DNA of 64,000 nt. It comes from a virus. Every line of letters starts with the position of its first letter. The first letter of the stretch is position 1. Position numbers and translations under genes: made by a program. Below are positions 29,314-37,301 of this stretch, one piece after another. The stretch spans positions 18,332 to 82,331 of the IMG/VR virus record IMGVR_UViG_3300037264_001719, one strand, 5' to 3'. The notes below the pieces were generated by a model, which searched no databases, was not told the DNA's origin, and worked only from the letters and a program-made list of their open reading frames with translations.

Positions 29314-30138
29314 ATGCCAGCGGTACGTTTCGTTGCGAGCGGAGGCTCTGCGAAGGGGCTTCTCGAAATCACCGGGGCGCTCTCAGCCCTCATCGAACAA
29401 GGAAACAGCATCGAGATCGGGGCTGGAACTTCGGCGGGAGGGGTGATCCTTGGAGCACTTGCCTCCGGGCGGTCGCCTTCGGAGATCAAGGACACCCTCA
29501 TGGGGATGGACTTCACCCGGTTCATTTCGACCGGGCTCTGGTCGAAGCTCCGGCTTCTCTCCTCCGGCAATCTCTCGAACGGAAAAGCCCTCCTCAAGTT
29601 CTTCGAGGAGTTCACTAAGGGGAAGACCTTCGGGGACTCCGGTTTCGATATCAGGATCACCGGGGCGGATTACAGCTTCGGACAGCCGCAGGTTTTCGCC
29701 AAGCAGACCCACAAGCAAATGCCTCTCGCGCTTGCCATGCGGATCACTTCGGCCATGCCTCTCGCTTTCGACGCCGTGGAGTACGACGCCCGCTGGTTTA
29801 AAGACGGCGGGGTGTACGCGCATATCCCCGTGGAGGCATCCCGGGAGCCGTTTCGGACAGTCATCTTTGCTCTCGCCCAAGACCCTGCCAGCATCAAGCG
29901 GGAAGCATGGGGGGCCGAACCCGGAATCATCCGCGAGATCGGTAGGACGGTAGATTTGCTCGTAGATGCGAATGTGAAAGCTGAACTGGACAAAGCACCG
30001 CCAGATGCTATAAAGGTGTTCTCGGATGGCCTTGGGTTTTCGGCCTTCAAGTTCGATTTCACGAGGGCCGAGAAGGAGCGTCTTTTCGCCCACGGGCATG
30101 AACTCATGGGCGCGGCGCTAAAGGTCGCCGGGCTGTAG
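29314..30138 (+). CDS. patatin-like phospholipase
   Basis: SGGSAKG oxyanion loop, GTSAG nucleophile, DGG catalytic Asp. Confidence 0.9.
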   Translation: MPAVRFVASGGSAKGLLEITGALSALIEQGNSIEIGAGTSAGGVILGALASGRSPSEIKDTLMGMDFTRFISTGLWSKLRLLSSGNLSNGKALLKFFEEFTKGKTFGDSGFDIRITGADYSFGQPQVFAKQTHKQMPLALAMRITSAMPLAFDAVEYDARWFKDGGVYAHIPVEASREPFRTVIFALAQDPASIKREAWGAEPGIIREIGRTVDLLVDANVKAELDKAPPDAIKVFSDGLGFSAFKFDFTRAEKERLFAHGHELMGAALKVAGL

Positions 30139-30151
30139 CGGAGGTGAAACC

Positions 30152-30754
30152 GTGGCAGAGCAGGGGAAAGGATCGGAGATGAAGGGTCTTCCTCCGGGGA
30201 AACCGGGCGTCGTGCGTGAAAGCTACGACGTTCGCTCGAAGTCGAAAGGCATCTGGCGCGACGAGGTTTACAAGGTCCTTCACGGGAAGGAAGTCCTCGT
30301 CGAGAATCTCGGCTGGCAATCGAATCTCATTGTCGTCGGGATGACCAAGCTCCTCGCCGGGCTCATGAAGAACGAGCCCAGCTTCACGGGCGGCATCCTC
30401 CAGCACGCGCAGGGACGCGGGCTTCCTTCCTTCGACACGGTTCTCCCCGTCCCTAGCTTCAACAGCGTCCAACTCACGGACGAATACTTCCGCAAGGCCC
30501 CGGATTCGATCTCCTATGTGGACAACGCCGGGAACCCTTCCATCCCCATCACGAACTCCATCCTCATCCGAACGACCCTCGATTTCAACGAGGCCAACGG
30601 GGTGAGCGGAGAGTTCATCCGCGAGCAGGGAATCTACGGGGGCGATGCGACCGGAGTAACGAATTCCGGGCTCCTCGCCAACCTGATCTTCCACAAGGCG
30701 CGGTTCAAGGATGCCAGCGTGAAGATCATCAGATTTATTCAGTTCATCTTCTAG
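30152..30754 (+). CDS. tail collar/fibre-attachment-like protein
   Basis: NLIV, LTDEYFRK, EANG..IREQGIYGGDAT. Confidence 0.7.
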   Translation: MAEQGKGSEMKGLPPGKPGVVRESYDVRSKSKGIWRDEVYKVLHGKEVLVENLGWQSNLIVVGMTKLLAGLMKNEPSFTGGILQHAQGRGLPSFDTVLPVPSFNSVQLTDEYFRKAPDSISYVDNAGNPSIPITNSILIRTTLDFNEANGVSGEFIREQGIYGGDATGVTNSGLLANLIFHKARFKDASVKIIRFIQFIF

Positions 30755-30758
30755 CCCT

Positions 30759-30786
30759 TTGGAAGAAAGCGACTTAACGGTATAAT
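30759..30786 (+). promoter_or_regulatory. putative promoter
   Basis: TTGGAA-16 bp-TATAAT in intergenic gap. Confidence 0.45.
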
Positions 30787-30814
30787 TCCCGGGAGTCGGT
30801 GAGGAGGTTCTGAG

Positions 30815-32770
30815 ATGGGCGCATCCTCGGCGGTGATTTCGAGGGATATGTACGACGAGGCGAAGCGGTACGTCCTCACCGTGCTTCAAGCTGGAGTTCC
30901 TCTGGTCGATGCGGATTACAACGACCAGATGGTGTCCTTCTTCACGCAAATCCGTCGATTCGTCTCGAACTCCATCGGAGACGGCGCTCGCGGGGTCGCC
31001 TTCAAGATCGAGCAGAACCCCGGCGATCTCGTCAACAACTTCAAGATCAGGGGCGGCGACCTCGGGGACGAGGGGCCGGAGCAACTCTACATCAAGGGCC
31101 ATCAGGCCCAGCTTTTCTCGGACGAGACCTACCTCGGGGGCGGCGAGACGGCTCCCGTCTCCACCGGGATCGCGGGGAGCATCCTCACCGATTCGGCGTC
31201 GAACTTCACGCCCGGGGCGCTGGTCGGTCTGACGCTCGTTCCGAATCTCGCCAACCCGACGCAGAGCTTCGTCATCACGGCCAACACGCAGAACTCGATC
31301 ACCTGTGCCGCCGCGATCAACGCGGTTTCGGCGGTGGGGGACCAGTACCGGGTCAAGCTCTCCACGCCCGTCGCGCCCCGGAACGATCTTGTGCTCCTCG
31401 ACGTGTACCTCGACGAGATCGACAAGTTCGAGGACTCGGACCTCGAACACAACATCGACTCCATCTTGATCGAAGCGATGCGCCGGAAGAAACTCATCCA
31501 GCGCATCTTCGTCATCGAGGGAGTGACGCTGCCCGTCATCCTTGCGCCGGGCTTCGTGGACGCGGACGGGAACCGTCACGTTCAGCTTCCTATCGCCCTT
31601 ATCTCCCGCCCCGCCGGAGACCCGAACATCACGGACCCCATGATTACGGACCTCCGGCGGAAGATTTTCACGCTGGATGCGGTGAACGACCTCTTCGTCA
31701 ACACGACCGGGGACACCATGACGGGGCCGCTCGTCATGGATGCCGACATCCAGATGCTTCCGGGCCGCAGGGTCACGGGCGTCTGTGTCATCGACGGCGA
31801 TGCGCTCTGCAACGAAGTCGTTGAGCAGAGGCATTTCCGCAGGGACAGCCACCTTCTCGGAGATGGAGACTCCGTTCCGAGTTTCGAGCAAGTCAACGAT
31901 CCGCTCAATCCCAACCATTTCAAGGTCCACGACAACCGCTACTACACGAAGTCTCAGGTGGACGAACTCATCGGGTCGAACCTCATCGCCAACGGAGGTT
32001 TCGAGAAGGGCCTCGACTGCTGGGATCATGCGTCCCCGGGCGTCCTCATCGGAGCCCCCATGTCGGAGGCGGCGGTGAATGTCCACGCCTCAATCGATCT
32101 CTGTGGCGCGGGTTGCAGCGAGGCCGCTTGTCAATGTCGCACGCTCCGAATCTGCGTGCGCCGGGGTAGCCGCCTTTGCTTCATCTGCCCCGTCCGTCAG
32201 GAAGTGGACTGTTTCGGATGCGGCGGGGAGTTCCTTCTCCTCCAGACCGTTTGCGTGTCGAAGGGGGACGACTTCATCATCCCCTTCGTCGTGCTCGACC
32301 TCTACTCCTCTTGCCAGTACGTCGGGACCAAGAAGTTCCGCCTTTTCGATCCGACTCCAGAGAAGCCCGGAATCGGGATCGACGACGGGTTCCTCCGGCT
32401 GGAGAAGAGAGTCTCGCTCCCGGGGTGTATCGACAAGGTGGTCTACACCCTTTGCTACGAGATCATCCCGAGGTCCGATCTCCCCGACGAGGAGGAGTAC
32501 GGCTACTTCTTCTACCAGCCCGAGGGCGAGTCCGACCTCAACCCGAAGTGCGAGGTGGGGGAGGAAGGGCTCGTGTGGGGGGTTTGCGGAACTCAGTTCC
32601 GCAGGATCAGCGGCCTCGAAGGGGCGTCCGATACGAAGACCGGGTGCGACCTCAATACGATTCCGATGATCGAGGTGTGCCATAGCGACGGGCGCGTGGA
32701 ATTCACGCCCGGTGTGGCGCAGGAATCGGTCATCATCGAACGGTTGGAGGAGAAGTGCCTGCCCCTCTAA
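30815..32770 (+). CDS. DUF6519-like tail protein with fibre motifs and a Cys-rich carbohydrate-binding-like C-terminus
   Basis: SRDMYDEAKRY..LQAGVPLVDADYND; VNTTGDTMTGPL; HDNRYYTKSQVD; NLIANGGFE. Confidence 0.7.
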   Translation: MGASSAVISRDMYDEAKRYVLTVLQAGVPLVDADYNDQMVSFFTQIRRFVSNSIGDGARGVAFKIEQNPGDLVNNFKIRGGDLGDEGPEQLYIKGHQAQLFSDETYLGGGETAPVSTGIAGSILTDSASNFTPGALVGLTLVPNLANPTQSFVITANTQNSITCAAAINAVSAVGDQYRVKLSTPVAPRNDLVLLDVYLDEIDKFEDSDLEHNIDSILIEAMRRKKLIQRIFVIEGVTLPVILAPGFVDADGNRHVQLPIALISRPAGDPNITDPMITDLRRKIFTLDAVNDLFVNTTGDTMTGPLVMDADIQMLPGRRVTGVCVIDGDALCNEVVEQRHFRRDSHLLGDGDSVPSFEQVNDPLNPNHFKVHDNRYYTKSQVDELIGSNLIANGGFEKGLDCWDHASPGVLIGAPMSEAAVNVHASIDLCGAGCSEAACQCRTLRICVRRGSRLCFICPVRQEVDCFGCGGEFLLLQTVCVSKGDDFIIPFVVLDLYSSCQYVGTKKFRLFDPTPEKPGIGIDDGFLRLEKRVSLPGCIDKVVYTLCYEIIPRSDLPDEEEYGYFFYQPEGESDLNPKCEVGEEGLVWGVCGTQFRRISGLEGASDTKTGCDLNTIPMIEVCHSDGRVEFTPGVAQESVIIERLEEKCLPL

Positions 32771-32797
32771 CTCGTGAAACCGTGAGGAGAGAAGTCT

Positions 32798-35641
32798 ATG
32801 GCTGGTGAACTTCCTACGGGAATTCTCCCACTCGATTTCCCCGGAGTCCAAATCAACCCGGGTTTGGGCTGTTGTGTGGATGAGGTCGAGGTTTCCATCC
32901 TTCCGATCCGCGCCTGCGAATGCTTCGATGAGTGCTTCGACATCGGGTACACCTATCAGGATCAATGCCCCTCCGTCGAACTCAACAAGCGTCTCGACAA
33001 GTGCATCCTTCCGCTCGTCGCTCTCGACCGGGACAAGACCAAGAAGATCGCCTATTGGGGGCAGAGCGAAGAAACGATCCGTGCTGCCGAGATTGTGATG
33101 GTCCCGGCGAAGTACAAGGACGATCCCATCGTCGGTCAGAACGGGAACGGGGGCTTCGATCCAGCGGGAGACCCCCTCCCCGGCGTCCTTGAGACGCTGG
33201 CCCGGGACACGCACACGCGGTATGGACACGTCGCTTTCAAGGTCCCGCCCTCGGTCGGATGCCGGAACATCTGGTGCGATCTCGTCTATCTCGACGAGGC
33301 CCTCTGCCTCGGGGTCCATCTTGAGAGCGAGGAGTACGAATTCTTCGACTCCGAATGCGCCTGCCTCGTGGTCGAGGTCACGGAGGAGATTTCCTCCTTC
33401 GTGACGGACAAGTGCCTGCCGCGCATCCTGCCGGATGACCAGTTCCAAGCCGCCGGGTGCCCTCCCCTCCCGGGCGGATACCCGGAGGCCGCGTCGTTCG
33501 AGTATTGCGCCCTTCCCCGGGTGGATCGCTTCGAGGAATCGGAGAACGCCTTCTTCAAGTTCCGCAGGGAGACGCCCGCGTGCGCCCGGGATGGGCAGGG
33601 CTACTTCGTCCGGGTGGAGATCACGTCCAAACAACTTCCGCTCTCGGTTCAATGGACGGATGTGCTTCCGCTCGGGAACAATCACACCCTCCTCTCAGGG
33701 TTGCCCACGGGCACTCTCGTCTTCACGGGCATCGGGGAAACCATCGTTCGGGAGTACGTCGTCAAGACGGGGCCGGGCGCGACGGATGCCGCGATCAACG
33801 GGTCCGCGCAGGTCGTGGCCCAGCCCTTGACGATCATCAACCTCCCCTCCGACACCATCGTCATCGACCCCAACTGCCCGACGCTTTGCTTCGTCCAGTT
33901 CGGGAGCCAGAATCCCAACGTCTTCGGCAAGGTCTTTTGGGCGGGCGGCGGTCGGTTCGATCCGGTCATTCCTCCCGACATCGGCCTGTGGGTGAAGATG
34001 TGGGCAGGGTCGGGATCGGTGGGCAAGTCGGTGAGGGAGCATCTTCTCTCCGCATCCACCACCGTCCCCAACGCGGCGGCGTCCCATGTTTTCGGAGTCG
34101 GCCCCGCCGCGTTTTCGGGATTCGCCATCGGTCTTCCGGTGTGGGTCTTCAACGGCTGCTTCGAGGACAACCCCCGACGCAGGATCGTTCTTCTCGACAT
34201 CGAGGCCGAGGAAGCCAAGCCCGATCCTGATGAGGCGATCACCGGGCTCTACGGGACCATCACGGCGCTCGACCCCATCCTTGCAACGGTGACGGTCACG
34301 TTCAACACGCCGCCGAATCAGGCTGTCGATTTCCTCACGACGGCGAAGGCGACCATGATGGTCTCCCCCGATCAAGCCAAGGGTTTCTACTGGGAGGCCA
34401 GCCCGCAACTTGTCGGACTCTGCGGTGATCCGGTGGGGCCGGGCGGGAATCTCTGCATTCTCCGCTGGAACTATCGCTTCTGGAATTCCACGCAGAACCC
34501 CTGCCCGACCACGCTCGGCGCGGGATACATCTGCGACGGAAACGGCGAGAGCTTCCAGTACGAGTTCCACGGCGATCTCGTCAAGGACATCCTCAACCCT
34601 GTGGACTGGATCGACCTGTGGGCGAGCCCCATGATCGAGGTGACGCTCTCGGAGGACGCAGACATCACGGATGTAGAGATCACGGTCTGCGACATCTGCA
34701 TCTTCGAGCCGTGCGACATCATCCAGATCGTAGACCTCAATTGCTCGGGGCGCGAGGGTAACGGGCCGGGCTTCGTGACCTCGGTTGTCTCGACATCCTC
34801 CGACGAGGAAGGGGATTGCGACGATTTTGGTGCCGCCAAGGGCGACATCCTTCTCGGAGACCCGATCCCGAGCACCATCGAAGGATGCGGAGATTTCGAC
34901 GGATTCAAGACCACTCGGAAGGCGAGGGCCTTCAAGAAGCCCGACGTGTGCCGCCATGCGTTCAGCGTCACGACCGATGCGGACGAGGACGGATGCCCCT
35001 CGATCTGCGGAGAACCTGCTCCCGAGTCGGTCCATGTGGACTTCGAGACCGGGAGGTTCACGTTTGACGAAAGCGTCTTCCTCCGCAACCCCCTCATTTG
35101 CTATCGGACGCTCGACATCACGGTGGACATTCCGTTGACGGACGGAATCTACTTCCTGCGCGGGATCGACAAGTGCGGATGCAAGAGCCCGCCCTCGAAA
35201 CCCATTCGGATGCTCGGTGCGGGAGGCCCGCCCCCGGCCCCGTTCGTTCGGGACACGACGAGCGGTTCGTTCTTCTTCGCGGCAGGCGCGTTCCTGCCCG
35301 TCGCGGGTATGTTCATCGGGCCGATCTCTCTGCCCGGCCCGTTCATCACCGTCGAACTGAATCTCGGGCAGGACAACTTCTCCGAAGTCGCCGTCCTTGT
35401 GGATGGTTCCGTCCTCGTCCCGCTTTCGGGCATGGTGTTCTACACCTTCGCGGATGATGTCGGATCGTTCGTCACGATGGTTCATGGATCGTGCGTCATT
35501 CCGGTTTCGCCCGGACTTCACACGTTTCAATTGATGGCCCGGGGAGCGACGGTGCTTCCGGGGTCAATCGGCTTCGGAACGACGATCTATGCCAACCCCT
35601 CCCTCCCGCTGGAGATGCGGTTGGACAAGCTGGGAGTCTAG
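32798..35641 (+). CDS. large Cys-rich acidic putative virion protein
   Basis: 947 aa, about 36 Cys, beta-rich, in tail operon with GAGGAG RBS. Confidence 0.7.
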   Translation: MAGELPTGILPLDFPGVQINPGLGCCVDEVEVSILPIRACECFDECFDIGYTYQDQCPSVELNKRLDKCILPLVALDRDKTKKIAYWGQSEETIRAAEIVMVPAKYKDDPIVGQNGNGGFDPAGDPLPGVLETLARDTHTRYGHVAFKVPPSVGCRNIWCDLVYLDEALCLGVHLESEEYEFFDSECACLVVEVTEEISSFVTDKCLPRILPDDQFQAAGCPPLPGGYPEAASFEYCALPRVDRFEESENAFFKFRRETPACARDGQGYFVRVEITSKQLPLSVQWTDVLPLGNNHTLLSGLPTGTLVFTGIGETIVREYVVKTGPGATDAAINGSAQVVAQPLTIINLPSDTIVIDPNCPTLCFVQFGSQNPNVFGKVFWAGGGRFDPVIPPDIGLWVKMWAGSGSVGKSVREHLLSASTTVPNAAASHVFGVGPAAFSGFAIGLPVWVFNGCFEDNPRRRIVLLDIEAEEAKPDPDEAITGLYGTITALDPILATVTVTFNTPPNQAVDFLTTAKATMMVSPDQAKGFYWEASPQLVGLCGDPVGPGGNLCILRWNYRFWNSTQNPCPTTLGAGYICDGNGESFQYEFHGDLVKDILNPVDWIDLWASPMIEVTLSEDADITDVEITVCDICIFEPCDIIQIVDLNCSGREGNGPGFVTSVVSTSSDEEGDCDDFGAAKGDILLGDPIPSTIEGCGDFDGFKTTRKARAFKKPDVCRHAFSVTTDADEDGCPSICGEPAPESVHVDFETGRFTFDESVFLRNPLICYRTLDITVDIPLTDGIYFLRGIDKCGCKSPPSKPIRMLGAGGPPPAPFVRDTTSGSFFFAAGAFLPVAGMFIGPISLPGPFITVELNLGQDNFSEVAVLVDGSVLVPLSGMVFYTFADDVGSFVTMVHGSCVIPVSPGLHTFQLMARGATVLPGSIGFGTTIYANPSLPLEMRLDKLGV

Positions 35642-35650
35642 GAGGAACTG

Positions 35651-36151
35651 ATGAAGACCGTGGAGGTCCCGAACAAACTGGTTTACGAGCCGGGGCGGGT
35701 GAAGAACGCGCTGGTTGCAGCGAATTTTGCCGTGGACGGAGTTGTGTCTCGGCAGACCCCTCCGACCGTCTTCGTCTACCTCCAAGACGCGGAGATGAAA
35801 GACCCCACGGCTATCGTGAACGCCTACCAGAACCCGGCCAAGCTGGAAGTGACCTCGAACAAGTCCCCCGGCGTGGGCGGGGTTCCCGAGGCGCAGGCCA
35901 ACGGGTCCGACATTCACACCCTCACCATCAAGAAGATCAACCGGGAGACGGGACAGGTCATGCCGGGCTCGGAGCAGGTGCAGATCATCCCGTCTCAGCT
36001 TGTGGCCGTTTCCCCGTCGAAACCCAATCTGAATGCGGGACAGGCAACAGCGGCGGTCGGCCCGACGAACATGGTGGGCGAAATCATCGTCAAGGTTTGC
36101 GACCCTGCGGGGGCGCTGGTCGGAGGAAGTCTCCGGCTCCGATTCGCGTAG
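35651..36151 (+). CDS. Ig-like (Big_1/invasin-type) virion protein
   Basis: AQANGSDIHTLTI...GQATA; AGGAGG RBS. Confidence 0.55.
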   Translation: MKTVEVPNKLVYEPGRVKNALVAANFAVDGVVSRQTPPTVFVYLQDAEMKDPTAIVNAYQNPAKLEVTSNKSPGVGGVPEAQANGSDIHTLTIKKINRETGQVMPGSEQVQIIPSQLVAVSPSKPNLNAGQATAAVGPTNMVGEIIVKVCDPAGALVGGSLRLRFA

Positions 36152-36161
36152 GAGGATTTCA

Positions 36162-36416
36162 ATGGCCGACACTCCGATCCCGGTCGTCATCGAGGACATC
36201 CCCAAGGGCCAACGGCTCGTGTGGGTGTTCTACCGGAAGGACACGGGCTCCGTCGTCAAGCTCATGTTCCGAGAGCCGGACAAGGGCGATGAGACTACGA
36301 ACAAGAAGGTCGGCCTCTTCAAGACGTATCTCAGCCCCCGGGCGCTTGAGAAGCCCCACCAACTCCAAGTGAGGAACGGAAAAGTCATCATCGCTTCCGC
36401 CCTTGGCGGGCTGTAA
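36162..36416 (+). CDS. hypothetical protein
   Basis: AGGAGG RBS before ATG 36162. Confidence 0.6.
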   Translation: MADTPIPVVIEDIPKGQRLVWVFYRKDTGSVVKLMFREPDKGDETTNKKVGLFKTYLSPRALEKPHQLQVRNGKVIIASALGGL

Positions 36417-36449
36417 CCCGATTCTGACAACGGGTGAGAGGTGTCATGA

Positions 36450-36785
36450 ATGGCGTCACTTGAGGCGAAATTCCATGAGCTTCTCGCGGAAACTCGGAAT
36501 CTGCGAGAGGACATCAAAACCGAACAGCAGGAGCGAAAGCTCGATCACGATACGCTGACCCGTCTCGACGAGCAGGCCAAGACTCTTTTCAAGATCAAGG
36601 AAGCACGGGAAAAAGAGATCGATGGACTGACGCGGCGAGTGGGCGAACTGGAGCGTGCTCCGGGCAACGCGGCTCTCGGAAGTATCACGGAAGGGAAGTC
36701 TCGGAAATGGGCGATAGGGCTGGAAATTGTCGGGGCGCTTGCCGCCGCCATTGTTGGTGGACTTGCTACGAAATACCTCTTCTAG
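36450..36785 (+). CDS. coiled-coil protein with C-terminal TM helix (holin/XhlA-like)
   Basis: Heptads then WAIGLEIVGALAAAIVGGLATKYLF; end of tail operon. Confidence 0.55.
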   Translation: MASLEAKFHELLAETRNLREDIKTEQQERKLDHDTLTRLDEQAKTLFKIKEAREKEIDGLTRRVGELERAPGNAALGSITEGKSRKWAIGLEIVGALAAAIVGGLATKYLF

Positions 36786-36793
36786 GGTGAACC

Positions 36794-37288
36794 ATGAGTT
36801 ACCGGATCATGGTCATCGAGGACGACCTCAGCCAGCGAATGCAACTTGTGAAGTCCCTCGGCAGGCACGGATTCAACGTGGGAGCAGTCGGTTCCGGGGA
36901 ACAGGCGGTCAACGAATTTATTTCCGGGGTGTTCCATTGTATCCTCGTGGACTACACGCTCCCGGGGATAAACGGGATCGAGACCATCCGAAGGCTTCGG
37001 GGGCTTGATCCGAAAGTGGGGTTCGTTGTCCTCACCGGACACGACCCTGAGAAGGTCGAGAGGGAGATCGAGGGCCTCGACGTGTGGGCTGTCTGCCGGA
37101 AGCCCGCCTCGGCAGAGGTACTCATCGCCAAGATCGAGAACGCTTCCGAACTTGCGGCCATGTCGCCTGAACGGGAGGAGCAGATTTTTCACGCTTTCGA
37201 GCAGGAGACGACAGCCCTGCGCGAGTGTTGCCGGGAGGCCCCTAAGACGGGGACCAAATTCCCGCCTCCGAAGTTGAACGGGAAATAG
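36794..37288 (+). CDS. single-domain response regulator (CheY-like receiver)
   Basis: IMVIEDD, ILVDYTLPGINGIE (phospho-Asp), VLTG, RKP. Confidence 0.9.
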   Translation: MSYRIMVIEDDLSQRMQLVKSLGRHGFNVGAVGSGEQAVNEFISGVFHCILVDYTLPGINGIETIRRLRGLDPKVGFVVLTGHDPEKVEREIEGLDVWAVCRKPASAEVLIAKIENASELAAMSPEREEQIFHAFEQETTALRECCREAPKTGTKFPPPKLNGK

Positions 37289-37301
37289 TCTAAAGTGGTG
37301 A

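Noticed and set aside
29314-30138. CBASS system (CapV-like patatin)
   Set aside because: No CD-NTase or Cap2/3 nearby; flanked by tail genes
26166-35641. Diversity-generating retroelement or invertible fibre cassette
   Set aside because: No reverse transcriptase or invertase, and no adenine-variable TR/VR pair noticed
10231-36151. Stand-alone eCIS/tailocin or T6SS locus
   Set aside because: Contiguous with portal, protease, capsid and neck genes; no TssJLM/ClpV or Afp15-type ATPase in the tail cluster
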